A DNA stretch of 64,000 nucleotides, taken from the NCBI GenBank assembly GCA_963764165.1, contig CAVXRD010000002.1, forward strand, positions 2,240,001 to 2,304,000, read 5' to 3'. The notes beneath the pieces are model-generated. The model worked only from the letters and a program-made list of their open reading frames with translations. It was not told where the DNA came from and ran no database searches. This DNA is from an uncultured Verrucomicrobiae bacterium. Lineage in GTDB: Bacteria; Verrucomicrobiota; Verrucomicrobiia; Limisphaerales; Palsa-1400. Shown piece by piece: positions 22,300-32,279 of the stretch. Each line of letters begins with the position of its first letter. The stretch's first letter is position 1. The translations under genes were made by a program, and so were the position numbers.

Positions 22300-25089
22300 T
22301 TACGGAGCAGTTGCGGGCGGTGTCGGCACCGGTGTTACAACGGTTGCCGAGGTCGGCTGCGGCGGAATCACCGGACGACCGTAAGGAAGATCGTCGTCCG
22401 TGTGAACACGATTGCCAGCAGGGTCGATCATGGTCGGCGTCACAAAGATGAGCAGATTTTCCTTTTGGCTGTCGGAAGATTCGCTGCGGAACAGCTTTCC
22501 AAAGAAGGGCAAATCCCCGAGGACGGGAACTTTGTCCTTAACTTTGTAGATTTGCTCCTGGATCAGGCCGCCGAGCACCACCGTTTGGCCGTCCCAGACG
22601 TCGCAGGTTGTGGCCACTTCGCGAATGCGGAAGTGGGGAAGGGGCAGCTGGGCGGTAATCGGTACACCCACGGTTGAGCCGGCGGCAGCCTCGGCTTGTG
22701 GGACGAATTGGCCGGGGGGATCGTATTGCAGAAATTCCAGATAAGTCGGCAATAGCGCCATTTCAATGGAGAAGCCGTCGGCCGAGACAGTCGGGATGAC
22801 ATCCAAGCTGGGGCCCAGCGGGATGAAGGATGTGGTGTAATTCACGGAGGGAGCTGCCACGCCCGTCCCACCGGTCAATCCACCGCTGGTGGAGGTTGTT
22901 TCCTGCACTTCCGCTTGTGTGACGATGTATTGCAGATCTTGCGCAGCCATATGGGCCTGACGACCGCTTTCCGTTGTGACGCGCGGCGCCGAAAGCAAAT
23001 CGGAGCCGGTGCGGTTCTCGATCGCTTGGATGGCCACGCGGAATTGCGGATCGGTCATAATGCCGGTCAGCGTTCCCAAGGTTGGCAATGCGGTTTGCCC
23101 AGACCCGACGACGCTGTTAAGGCCTGACGTTAGCAAGTTGTCTGAACTGCTGGAAGTAACCGCTCCGGGCCCGGGCGTGTACGTTGTCGTCGTGGTCGTG
23201 CCGGTGGTGGTGGTGGTGGGAGTTCCCGGCCCAGGGAAAATACCGCTAGGATTTGCTGCCGTGCCTGCGCCTTGGTAAGAAGGCGCGGTTCCTCCTTGCA
23301 GGCCGAGCGCGCCGTGGTTGATTAAGGTGTTTCCAAGATACCACTGAAATCCGAGCCCCTTCTGGTCTTCTTGAGTCAAATCGACAAACTTCGCTTCAAC
23401 CATCACTTGAGGGGGAGTTTGATTGAGCAATTCGATGGCTTGCTGGATGATGTCCAAATCGGAAGCCGTCGCTTTGACGAGCAATTCGCCGACCCGGTCA
23501 TTGAAGAAAATCATCTTTGGCGGAGTGAGATCCACGCCGGCCGCGGTGAAATATTGACGAACCATGAGATGCGCGTTCGTCGTGCTGTTGGTGATGGTCA
23601 CGTAGGGCAACCCACCGCGGCCGCCGGGCTGGGCGCCACCGCCACCGGCGCCGCCTTGGGCTACGGGGGCAATTGTGACTTGAGAGATAGTTGCAATACT
23701 CGTCGCTCCTCCCGCGCCACCGCCGCCTTGGCCACCGCCGCCGCCACCGCCGCCGCCGCCGCCTCCACCGCCGCCACCGCCGGTGCCATTGCCAGTCGCT
23801 CCGGAGCTGCTGGTGGGAACGTTAAGGGGGCTGGAGAAGACGTTTTGCAACCCTTGAATGAACGTATTGGGATTTACTTTGAAGCGTTTCGTGTAAAGAG
23901 CCGCCGTCTCGACTGGCTTCGGCGAGAACACGATGGCATAATCCTCAATCGTGTACCGAATCGGCTTGTCCGCTACTTTAGTGATGGCGTCCAACGCGTC
24001 CGCCAAGCGGAGATGGGTGAGCTCAGGGGTGATTCGGATGATGACTTCCGAGCCGATATCCTGGGTGGTTGTGGGGACGGCGGCCGCAACGGCGCCTGCC
24101 GCCGCGCCGGTGTCCGCGGGCAAAAGGCCGCTCTGCTCCACGTTTTGGTTGATCATGAAGTTAATGCCCTCGCCGTCTGGGTCGCGGTTGGTAGTCTCCG
24201 CCCGAAGCTTGGCGAGGACTTCCTTAAGAGGGAACTCGGTAAAGGGTCCGAAGTGGTCCAAGCGCATGTTATCGAGCATCGCGATGATGCGTTGGCGGCC
24301 TTTGGTTGTGTAAGCCAGGTTTGTCGTCGCCATCTGGTTTGGCACCGGGAGATTATCGCGCTTGTCGCTCTCAACCCAGTCGCCTTCGACGTTTTGGATG
24401 CGGCTTTTCACAGTGCTCTCGCGGCGGCGGGCCTGATCCATATAGCGCGCTTCCTTGATGAGATCGAGATAGTAAGGCGCCACGCGATTGGAGGCGTCTT
24501 CCTTCATGACGGTCACCAGGATAAGCTCCGCCTCGTCATACTTGCCCATTTCGTAGAGCAATTTTGCGTTTTGGACACGGGTCGCGATATCGATCTTGGC
24601 TTTTTCCATGCCCGGAAGCCGTTTGATGACGTCCTCACTTGGCTTGCGGCCCAAATCATTGACCTGGCGCTGTTGGATTTCTGCCTTCAAGGAGAGAAGT
24701 TTCTCGTTGTTCGGATCGTATCGGAGCGCGGAGTCCACCTCGGCGAGCGCGACGGTGACGTCGCCGGCGTCGAGCGCTTGATGCGCCAGCTTGATATGCG
24801 TGGCATCCAAACCCATGACCGCCTCGCGCTTCTCCGCGTCGACGGCTGGATTGCCAACCTGCACGAACTGGATCTGGGAGACCGCATCCAAGTAATCCTT
24901 GGCGGCTTGCGCCACATCATCTCTTTTCAGCGCATCCCGCGCCTGTTCGAGCTTGAGGTGCAAGCGAATGGTTGCTTCCTGGCGGCGCACGGCTTCGTCA
25001 TTGGCAATTTCCACCGGGGTTGGTTGAGCGTGCAGCGATATGGCAAGAAGAAAGGCCAATCGCAAACTGGTTTTTGCTGCTGATGTCAT
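22300..25089 (-). CDS. Secretin (GspD/PilQ family, Amuc_1098-like) with N-terminal TPR-like region and poly-Gly linker
   Basis: PQVMVEAKFVDL, DLLSAPRVTTESGRQA, GQTVVLGGLI, KDKVPVLGDLPFFGKLFRS, ENLLIFVTPTMIDPAG. Confidence 0.92.
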   Translation of the reverse strand: MTSAAKTSLRLAFLLAISLHAQPTPVEIANDEAVRRQEATIRLHLKLEQARDALKRDDVAQAAKDYLDAVSQIQFVQVGNPAVDAEKREAVMGLDATHIKLAHQALDAGDVTVALAEVDSALRYDPNNEKLLSLKAEIQQRQVNDLGRKPSEDVIKRLPGMEKAKIDIATRVQNAKLLYEMGKYDEAELILVTVMKEDASNRVAPYYLDLIKEARYMDQARRRESTVKSRIQNVEGDWVESDKRDNLPVPNQMATTNLAYTTKGRQRIIAMLDNMRLDHFGPFTEFPLKEVLAKLRAETTNRDPDGEGINFMINQNVEQSGLLPADTGAAAGAVAAAVPTTTQDIGSEVIIRITPELTHLRLADALDAITKVADKPIRYTIEDYAIVFSPKPVETAALYTKRFKVNPNTFIQGLQNVFSSPLNVPTSSSGATGNGTGGGGGGGGGGGGGGGGGQGGGGAGGATSIATISQVTIAPVAQGGAGGGGAQPGGRGGLPYVTITNSTTNAHLMVRQYFTAAGVDLTPPKMIFFNDRVGELLVKATASDLDIIQQAIELLNQTPPQVMVEAKFVDLTQEDQKGLGFQWYLGNTLINHGALGLQGGTAPSYQGAGTAANPSGIFPGPGTPTTTTTGTTTTTTYTPGPGAVTSSSSDNLLTSGLNSVVGSGQTALPTLGTLTGIMTDPQFRVAIQAIENRTGSDLLSAPRVTTESGRQAHMAAQDLQYIVTQAEVQETTSTSGGLTGGTGVAAPSVNYTTSFIPLGPSLDVIPTVSADGFSIEMALLPTYLEFLQYDPPGQFVPQAEAAAGSTVGVPITAQLPLPHFRIREVATTCDVWDGQTVVLGGLIQEQIYKVKDKVPVLGDLPFFGKLFRSESSDSQKENLLIFVTPTMIDPAGNRVHTDDDLPYGRPVIPPQPTSATVVTPVPTPPATAP

Positions 25090-25117
25090 GGCGTCGTATC
25101 GATTTAAACTGATCCCG

Positions 25118-25909
25118 CTATGGGGACTTCATCCACTTGATCTCTGTCACTTTAAGGATTCGTTTGGACTGCACTCTAACGGCATCGTTGGTGATTTCAA
25201 CAATAATATACGGCTCGCCGTCGAGCTTGATTTCGTCATTCACCTTTTTCCTGAGCAACGGAATGGTCGGATCTGGATCGTATTTCAAATCGGCCAAATA
25301 GCTTTCCACTTGTTTGTAGGGGCTGCTGGCGGAGATCCAAACGTTGCTGTCGCCGGAAGGAACCAATTCCAGATTCACATCCGTGGGAGCCTCGTCAGGG
25401 CCTTTGATTCCGCGGACAATAAACGGAAACTGGTTTGTCTTCGCTTCATTGAGCTTAAGGTGAGCTTTGATCTGGCGAGGGGCCTTGGCCTGGGTCAGAT
25501 CGACGCCTTTTTGCAATCCGATGGTAAATACTCCGCCTTCGACTTGGTCAAACGAGATGATGGTATACAGCGGAATAATATTGGTAACCACGAGCGCATC
25601 CGGGCCGATTTTGATGACCTTGAAGAGTTCGCCGCCCATCCGCCGCTTCCATGTAACCGGGTTAAAAAGATTGTGCTCGCCTGACAAAACCACCGACGGA
25701 GGGTTCGTGACTTGGGCCAGCGCCAGTGTATAGGGAGTCAGATCAACGGGCTTGATGGTCGCGGTCTTTGAGGTGGGCCCTGAAATCGGAGGAAGTGGCG
25801 GAATGAAAGCCTTTTCAGTGGCTGATTTCATCCAAAGAACCGTCCCCGCAAGGCCCAGCAGGACCACGCAAAGCACTAATTTTTCGTAATGTTTTTTGAG
25901 AAATTCCAT
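25118..25909 (-). CDS. Membrane-anchored pilus/secretion-system protein (Amuc_1099-like)
   Basis: N-terminus MEFLKKHYEKLVL plus one TM helix and a periplasmic domain; lies directly before the secretin and overlaps the upstream gene by 1 nt. Confidence 0.6.
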   Translation of the reverse strand: MEFLKKHYEKLVLCVVLLGLAGTVLWMKSATEKAFIPPLPPISGPTSKTATIKPVDLTPYTLALAQVTNPPSVVLSGEHNLFNPVTWKRRMGGELFKVIKIGPDALVVTNIIPLYTIISFDQVEGGVFTIGLQKGVDLTQAKAPRQIKAHLKLNEAKTNQFPFIVRGIKGPDEAPTDVNLELVPSGDSNVWISASSPYKQVESYLADLKYDPDPTIPLLRKKVNDEIKLDGEPYIIVEITNDAVRVQSKRILKVTEIKWMKSP

Positions 25910-26955
25910 TAACGGGGGGGCCTGGTTCGGGGCGTGGCGCCCGCAGCGGGGGCCGCGCGAACAACAGGTTCAGTTACTTTGAGTTTCACCACATCGATGT
26001 AAACCGTCACAAACAGCGGCGTCTCACGCAGTATGGTGACCGGGGCGGCCGCCGCCGCAGTCTCCGCTGGCGTGGGTAGTGTGGGCTGCGGCTGAAATTG
26101 CTGAGGCGGCCGAATGCCGCCACCCTTGCCGGGGCCGCGTCTTTCCCCGCCCTCGGTATAGGCCGGAGGCGTGGGCCGCCGGGGGATCGGAACTGGGGCT
26201 GGAGCAGGTGGAGGTTCAAACTCGGCGAGCTGAGGCAGGGGCGCTTTTGAGGGCGTGACATAAACCGCCTTGACGATAAAGCAATTGCTCGAGGTCGCCA
26301 CGCCCGCCAGCACGTTGGCAATTTCTGCGCTGAAGGCCCGGAACGTGACCATATAGGGAGACACGGTGCCCCATGGAGTCGAGTTGGTCTGAAATTGAAT
26401 GATGTCGGGCCCCATATCCTCGTCGCCAACCGAAGGGCGTTTGATGCCTTCCAGGAAATTGATTTTGGCCTTGTAACAAATATGCAATATGGCGCGAATT
26501 TCCTCGATTTGCTGAAGCCACGAAGCGATGTATTCCGGGCGGTAAACAAAGAGCGGGGCTTGCTGCTGGAAGCCGAAGCCGTATCCTGGGTTCAACGCCA
26601 CGCTCGCATTGGTCGCCTCCAAACCAAACTGGGAAATGGTCTTTTGAAGATAATCATGGAATTCCCGGTCATCCATTTTGGGCGGCTTCGGAAAACCGGA
26701 GAAGGGCTTGTGAAATTCCTCCAGGAACGCGCTCACGCGCTTTACGTCGTCGTTGGCGGCCTCGATGTTTGCCTGGCTGGGAGCGGGATTCTTGGTTGTT
26801 AATTGATCCAAGCTGGCCTTCTTCGTGTTGTAGGCGTCGAGGGCCGCCGCGTTATCGCTGAGGCTTGCGAAAAACAAGTATCCGCAGAAGCCAGCAAGCC
26901 CTATGGCGATGGCGACACAGATGACGAAGTAGAGATTTCTTTTAACCCACGCCAT
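25909..26955 (-). CDS. Amuc_1100-like / PilO-like membrane-anchored protein
   Basis: N-terminal TM, coiled coil (PAPSQANIEA), GFGF motif, Pro-rich insert; lies between PilM and the Amuc_1099-like gene. Confidence 0.65.
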   Translation of the reverse strand: MAWVKRNLYFVICVAIAIGLAGFCGYLFFASLSDNAAALDAYNTKKASLDQLTTKNPAPSQANIEAANDDVKRVSAFLEEFHKPFSGFPKPPKMDDREFHDYLQKTISQFGLEATNASVALNPGYGFGFQQQAPLFVYRPEYIASWLQQIEEIRAILHICYKAKINFLEGIKRPSVGDEDMGPDIIQFQTNSTPWGTVSPYMVTFRAFSAEIANVLAGVATSSNCFIVKAVYVTPSKAPLPQLAEFEPPPAPAPVPIPRRPTPPAYTEGGERRGPGKGGGIRPPQQFQPQPTLPTPAETAAAAAPVTILRETPLFVTVYIDVVKLKVTEPVVRAAPAAGATPRTRPPR

Positions 26956-26957
26956 GC

Positions 26958-28835
26958 TTACAGCTTGAAATGATGTTTGAGGTCCACCGTCATGTTAAAG
27001 ATGAACACATTGGTGTCATCGTATGCGGTGGAGATGCTCCCCGATAGAACCGCGTTCGTGAAACTTGGGCTGTTGGTCAAATACTGGCGGACATAGTAAG
27101 CGAGATCCGAGTTGGCGTTGCCCGGGCGGCTGACGCCGCGGCAGACGAGTTCAATTGTCGAAATTTCAGCGCCGGTGGGAACGGCTACCACCGCCGTTGA
27201 ACCAATGTCGGCTCCGCGCGGGCGCGGGCCACCACCCATTCCACCGGGTGCGCCGCGTCCGAAACGGCCGCCACGAGGCCCGCGCGGCCCTCCTCCTTCC
27301 GCGCCTCCGAGGCCACCGCTTTGCTGCGCGGCTTCGAAGCCGTTTGGCAGCTTCGGGTTGAACTGTTCCACCCATACACCCTCGTCGGTGTTGGTCCCGC
27401 CATTGTCCGGGGTCGCCAGATTTGCCTTTTCCGCCGCTTCGGCTTGCATCATGACCGTGCGAAGGTCGGTGAATATTTTGATCCAGTAGAACCGGTTATC
27501 GGCCAGGGCCTTCATATCGTCAGCCTGCTTTTTCATGGCCGCATCTTCGCTGATGGCTTTGTTGAGTTTTTCGCTCTGGCTGGTCAATTTATCCAGCGGC
27601 GCCGTGATTTCATCCGCGCGATCCTTGTAGATCTTGCCGATGTTGGCTTCCGCCTTATACATGGCAAAAAGAGCCAGCGCGACGGCGAGCACGGACGCCA
27701 CCAGATACGGCTTTTTCCGCCCAAACTCCTGCGTCTGGAGCGAACTCTTGGGCATCAGGTTCAACTCAACCGGGCAATGCGCCAGGTCTCGCAGCCCCAA
27801 GCCCACCACTTCGCCGAAGGAATGCGCCACCTTGGACAGCTCTTCCAAATCAAGCGAGGGGTCGATTTCGATATTCCGAAACGGATTGAAATAATCGACC
27901 GGCACATTGAGCTTCTCGGCAAAGAACTGAGCCGTGTAAGGCATGATCGACGACCCGCCGGACAGAAACAATCGCTGCGGGGCTGACCCCCCTTGCTGGC
28001 CGCGGAAAAATTGGATGGTCTGATTGACCTGAATGTGCAGGCGAGTCATGACCTGGCGGGCGATCTTTGCGATGGCGGCGGCTTGCGGATCCTCAGGTTC
28101 CTCATACGCGCCGCCAAGGCTGACCGAACCTTTTTCGATCTTGATCGCTTCGGCCTCGGGGAACTTGATTTTTGCCTCGTTGGCAAAGTCCTGGGTGATG
28201 GAATTGGCGCCTATGTTGATGCTGCGGGAATAGACCTTGCCTTTCTCGAAAAACAAGAGGTTGCTGGTCTTGGCGCCGATGTCCAGCAGCATGGTGCAAC
28301 CTTCGAGATCGCCGTAATTGTAGCGGAACGCATTGCACAAGGCGGCCGGGGACGCATCCACCAGCTTCATTCGCAGGCCGGCGCTGCCAGCCACCCGGAA
28401 AAGACCCTCCACAACCTCGGATTTGATGGCTACGAGGAGAACTTCCAGTTCGCTGGTGGCCGATGTCCCAAGAATCTGGTAATCCCACACGACTTCATCC
28501 AGCGGGAAAGGCACGTTTTGCTGCGCCTCGTAGCGGATGATTTGGGTCACCTTGGACGTGTCAACAGGAGGAAGTTTGACAAACTTGGAGAAGACGTGAA
28601 AGCCAGGCGCGCAGGCGTTAATTTGCTTGCTGCCGTAGCTCTTTTCGCCAAGCAGCTCATTGAGCCCCTTGAGGATGGCGGCTTCGCGCGCGGCTTCCTG
28701 GGAGCCTTCGATTCCAAGAGATTTGACTCCGTATTGTTTGAGGCGCAAGCCGCCCGCGTCGTTCTGCTCGAACTCCGCCAGCTTCAGGCTTCCCGCCCCG
28801 AAGTCCACCGCCAAAAATGATTTAGAATTTAGCAT
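26958..28835 (-). CDS. pilM: Type IV pilus assembly protein PilM with C-terminal PilN-like fusion (Amuc_1101-like)
   Basis: FLAVDFGAGSLKLAEF, EAQQNVPFPLDEVVWDYQ, LLDIGAKTSNL, LFLSGGSS, then VELNLMP (PilN-type INLLP motif) and a TM helix. Confidence 0.88.
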   Translation of the reverse strand: MLNSKSFLAVDFGAGSLKLAEFEQNDAGGLRLKQYGVKSLGIEGSQEAAREAAILKGLNELLGEKSYGSKQINACAPGFHVFSKFVKLPPVDTSKVTQIIRYEAQQNVPFPLDEVVWDYQILGTSATSELEVLLVAIKSEVVEGLFRVAGSAGLRMKLVDASPAALCNAFRYNYGDLEGCTMLLDIGAKTSNLLFFEKGKVYSRSINIGANSITQDFANEAKIKFPEAEAIKIEKGSVSLGGAYEEPEDPQAAAIAKIARQVMTRLHIQVNQTIQFFRGQQGGSAPQRLFLSGGSSIMPYTAQFFAEKLNVPVDYFNPFRNIEIDPSLDLEELSKVAHSFGEVVGLGLRDLAHCPVELNLMPKSSLQTQEFGRKKPYLVASVLAVALALFAMYKAEANIGKIYKDRADEITAPLDKLTSQSEKLNKAISEDAAMKKQADDMKALADNRFYWIKIFTDLRTVMMQAEAAEKANLATPDNGGTNTDEGVWVEQFNPKLPNGFEAAQQSGGLGGAEGGGPRGPRGGRFGRGAPGGMGGGPRPRGADIGSTAVVAVPTGAEISTIELVCRGVSRPGNANSDLAYYVRQYLTNSPSFTNAVLSGSISTAYDDTNVFIFNMTVDLKHHFKL

Positions 28836-28965
28836 ATGCGTTTTAACGCGAAGGCATTAATTTGCTATTTCTTGGTTTCGAGACCTCTTCATTCATTAAA
28901 AAGTCCGTGCTAGTTATCGCAATTCCAACACTCGGTCAATTGTTTTGATAAAGAAACTTCGCGTT

Positions 28966-28981
28966 AGCTATACATATGCCA
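28966..28981 (-). promoter_or_regulatory. Putative sigma54 (-24/-12) promoter for the pilM operon
   Basis: Minus strand TGGCATATGTATAGCT (GG-N10-GC), about 130 bp upstream of the pilM ATG. Confidence 0.55.
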
Positions 28982-29055
28982 GCGCGGGGGCCAACTTTCC
29001 TTGCCCCGCGAAGGACGCGATTCATTCCTCATCTTGACTAACTGCCGCAGTTTTT

Positions 29056-29092
29056 TGGCTGAATTTCACGCACACTGCGTGAAATTGCCGCA
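29056..29092. promoter_or_regulatory. Palindromic putative enhancer-binding-protein sites upstream of the sigma54 motif
   Basis: Perfect inverted repeat AATTTCACGCA-cac-TGCGTGAAATT (29062-29086) overlapping TGCG-N9-CGCA (29076-29092), about 80-110 bp from the -24 element. Confidence 0.45.
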
Positions 29093-29113
29093 AAAGGGCG
29101 CCTTGGGCTGGCC

Positions 29114-30076
29114 TCACGCGCGGCCCTTAAAATATTCAATAGTTTTGACAATGCCTTCGGCCAAAGTGACCTTGGGCTCCCATCCCAATATGGCCTTGGC
29201 CCTGCCGATGTCCGGGCGGCGCTGCTTCGGATCGTCCTGCGGCAGAGGACGATAGACTATCTTGCTTTTCGAGCCTGTCACGCGGATGATTTCGCGGGCG
29301 AATTCGAGCATCGTCATTTCCGTCGGGTTGCCGATGTTCACCGGATCGTTGGTCTCGCTCATCATGAGGCGATAGATTCCTTCAATCAAGTCCGAACAAT
29401 AACAAAAACTTCGCGTCTGCTGGCCCTTCCCGAACACAGTCAGCGGCTCGCCCGCCAGCGCCTGCCCGATGAAGGCCGGCACCACCCGGCCGTCCCGCAG
29501 GCGCATGCGCGGACCGTAGGTGTTGAAGATGCGGACGATTTTGGTGTCGATCTTATGCTGGCGATGATAGGCCATCACCAGCGCCTCGGCGAACCGCTTG
29601 GACTCGTCGTAGCACCCGCGCGGGCCAATCGTATTGACATTCCCCCAATAATCCTCGCGCTGCGGATGCACCAGGGGATCGCCGTAAATTTCGGAGGTGG
29701 AGGTGATCAGGAACCGCGCGCCCTTCTCCTTGGCCAGCCCGAGCGCCTTGTGCGTTCCAAGCGAGCCGACTTTCAGCGTTTGAATCGGCAATTCAAGATA
29801 GTCAATCGGGCTGGCGGGAGAGGCGAAATGCCAGACGTAATCCACCGGGCCGTCAATAAAAAGAAATTCCGTGACGTCCTGTTTTATGAATCGGAACTCC
29901 GGCCGGCCGGCGAGGTGCTCGATATTGCGGACGCTGCCGGTCACCAGATTGTCAAACGCCACCACCTGATGGCCGCGCTCGAGCAGGTAATCGACGAGAT
30001 GGGATCCCAAAAATCCGGCCCCGCCAGTGACGACGGAACGGAGTTGTTTTGTCTTAATCGTGTTTTTTTTTGCCAT
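29114..30076 (-). CDS. UDP-glucuronate decarboxylase (UDP-xylose synthase), extended SDR family
   Basis: [67 protein letters not shown]. Confidence 0.9.
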   Translation of the reverse strand: MAKKNTIKTKQLRSVVTGGAGFLGSHLVDYLLERGHQVVAFDNLVTGSVRNIEHLAGRPEFRFIKQDVTEFLFIDGPVDYVWHFASPASPIDYLELPIQTLKVGSLGTHKALGLAKEKGARFLITSTSEIYGDPLVHPQREDYWGNVNTIGPRGCYDESKRFAEALVMAYHRQHKIDTKIVRIFNTYGPRMRLRDGRVVPAFIGQALAGEPLTVFGKGQQTRSFCYCSDLIEGIYRLMMSETNDPVNIGNPTEMTMLEFAREIIRVTGSKSKIVYRPLPQDDPKQRRPDIGRAKAILGWEPKVTLAEGIVKTIEYFKGRA

Positions 30077-30089
30077 ACCAAATACCGGC

Positions 30090-31472
30090 TCAGCGTGCTC
30101 CGGTGCCGAGCAGAACGACCCAGATAGTGCGCCAAAGGATTTTTATGTCCAGCCACAAAGACCAATTGTCGATATATTCCAAATCCATCCGCACCCAATC
30201 GTTGAAATCCTTGACGTCATTGCGCCCGGAAACCTGCCAGGTGCAGGTGAGGCCGGGACGCACGCTCAATCGGCGCCGATGCGAGACATCGTCAAACCGC
30301 CCGACTTCATCCACCGGCAGGGGACGCGGGCCAACCAAACTCATTTCCCAGCGGAGCACGTTGAACAATTGCGGCAATTCGTCGATGCTCCATTTTCTAA
30401 GCACCCGTCCAACGCGGGTCACACGCGGATCCTTCGTGACCTTGAAAACCGGGCCGCTCATCTCATTGAGCTGCTCCAGTTCTTGTTTCAACTGCTCGGC
30501 ATTTGTCACCATGGAGCGGAATTTATACATGACGAATGGACGCCCGTTCAACCCGGCGCGCTTCTGGCGAAATAATATGGGCCCGGGGGACGTCAACTTG
30601 ATCATAATGGCGGCAGGAATCATGATCAAACTTCCGGCAATGAGAAGGAAAGCCGCCCCGACAAAATCCATGACTTGCTTTGCCACCAACTGCCACGAAA
30701 TCTCGGCCGCCGAGCGGAACACCAGCACGGGCCGGCCATAAAACCGATCCAGGCTCGTTTGCGAAACCTGAGTCTGGAAAAAGTCCGCCAGCAGCCAGAT
30801 CTCAACCCCTTCCACCTCGCAGGCGCGCACAACCTTTTCGACACGGTCAAAGTAGGTGTGCCGGGCCGCAATCATGACGGCGTTGACAGAGTGCTCATGC
30901 AGCATGCTTACCAGCCCTTCGATTGGCGCGGAGTTGAGCGGGAACTCGCCGCAAACTTCCAATTCGCCCTTCCGGAGGGAAACCTCGGAAAGCAGGCGCT
31001 TGATATCCTCGGGATCGCCCGCGATGACGATGCGGCGCTTGAATCGAGCCTGGCCAATTTCGGTGCGGTAGAACATTCGCATGGATTGTTCCTTGATCAG
31101 CACCAGGACAAAGCTGCAAAGGCCAAAGAGCACAAAGACCGAGCGGGCTGCGTCCTCCCGGAGCATGAACTCGATGAGAATCAGCCCCACCGCGCAAATG
31201 GTGCAGGCGGAGGCCAGTGGCAGGAGCATGATCCGCACGGGCGATAAGACCACGCGGTCATAAAAGCCCTGCCAATCCAAAACCAGCGGGGACATCGGAA
31301 TAATGACCAAAAACAGCCAGTAATATTTGGGTTTGAAGGAGGCAATCGGATCCGCTCCAAACACAACCCAAAAGTTGCGGATTGCCCAAGCCAGCCACAG
31401 CGACAGGGCGAACAACGCCCCATCCACAACCATATTCAACTTGACGCGGATTTGACTGTCACGAAGCAGCAT
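30090..31472 (-). CDS. Exopolysaccharide polyprenyl glycosylphosphotransferase (priming sugar transferase, WcaJ/WbaP family)
   Basis: N-terminal TMs; [71 protein letters not shown]. Confidence 0.92.
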   Translation of the reverse strand: MLLRDSQIRVKLNMVVDGALFALSLWLAWAIRNFWVVFGADPIASFKPKYYWLFLVIIPMSPLVLDWQGFYDRVVLSPVRIMLLPLASACTICAVGLILIEFMLREDAARSVFVLFGLCSFVLVLIKEQSMRMFYRTEIGQARFKRRIVIAGDPEDIKRLLSEVSLRKGELEVCGEFPLNSAPIEGLVSMLHEHSVNAVMIAARHTYFDRVEKVVRACEVEGVEIWLLADFFQTQVSQTSLDRFYGRPVLVFRSAAEISWQLVAKQVMDFVGAAFLLIAGSLIMIPAAIMIKLTSPGPILFRQKRAGLNGRPFVMYKFRSMVTNAEQLKQELEQLNEMSGPVFKVTKDPRVTRVGRVLRKWSIDELPQLFNVLRWEMSLVGPRPLPVDEVGRFDDVSHRRRLSVRPGLTCTWQVSGRNDVKDFNDWVRMDLEYIDNWSLWLDIKILWRTIWVVLLGTGAR

Positions 31473-31520
31473 ATCATTTACTCACATCGCAGAAACAGCT
31501 CAAATTACCGGCGCCTCGCG

Positions 31521-32279
31521 TTATCGCTTGGCGACGGGCAGGTGCTCTGCGACCGGATCACCTGGCACAATTTGAAACTCGGGAACTGAAGCCCCGATGA
31601 ATTGCTCAAGCTTCGCAAATGTGGCTTTTTCATCCCCGGGATTGCAAGTCGCAAAGTAAGAAATATAGGCCCACCGCTCCAAAACTCCTTTCTTCAGCAT
31701 CGTCCGCGCCAGCGAAAACATGCGCGCCCTTTGGTCGGAAGTAATGTGCTCCCCCGAGACAAACCAGTAGACGTAAATCCCCGACCGCCGGATGAGGGCA
31801 TGCGATTTTGGATCCTCCAAAATTTGCGAGACGCTCAGCTTAAGCGCGGGCACGGAATACAATTTTGGCCTGTTGATCGGCAATTGGATTTGTTCGGTTT
31901 TCTCGATGTCCCAGCTTTGCGCGGTCAGGCAATATTGCGGCTGGTGAATGCTCGTCCGGTCCTCACCCATCAGCACGACACTGACCTGCACACCAAAATG
32001 ATTCGGTCCGAAATAAAACTTCCGGCCAAAGGTGGTGTCACGCGGCAAACCGGTGAGTTCAGTGGTGTCGATGGGAAGATTTGTGCTGTTGAAGCCGGCT
32101 ATCTCCGGCAGCGAAACGCAGTGGGTGGTGGCTGGCTTGCCGTTTTCGTCGCGCAAAACGCCGTCCACCACCTTGACGCCGGGGGCGCCCACATGCATTC
32201 GGTGGCCTTTGAGGTAGAATCCCGTCGCGGCCGTCATTCCCAAGGCCAGCGCCAGCACCGCCAATGAACGCGTCTTCAT
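31521..32279 (-). CDS. Exosortase-associated EpsI family protein
   Basis: Follows the exosortase with an ATGA overlap; DRTSIHQPQYCLTAQSW and YVYWFV motifs; ATG 32279 (MKTRSL) precedes a signal anchor. Confidence 0.8.
   Translation of the reverse strand: MKTRSLAVLALALGMTAATGFYLKGHRMHVGAPGVKVVDGVLRDENGKPATTHCVSLPEIAGFNSTNLPIDTTELTGLPRDTTFGRKFYFGPNHFGVQVSVVLMGEDRTSIHQPQYCLTAQSWDIEKTEQIQLPINRPKLYSVPALKLSVSQILEDPKSHALIRRSGIYVYWFVSGEHITSDQRARMFSLARTMLKKGVLERWAYISYFATCNPGDEKATFAKLEQFIGASVPEFQIVPGDPVAEHLPVAKR

Noticed and set aside
23700..23790. CCG/CCA tandem repeat
   Set aside because: Encodes the poly-Gly linker of the secretin; in-frame low complexity, not a separate element.
23371..25083. 570-aa plus-strand ORF and the many other 60-300-aa overlapping ORFs in the track
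   Set aside because: Antisense or off-frame shadows of clear genes; no recognisable motifs.
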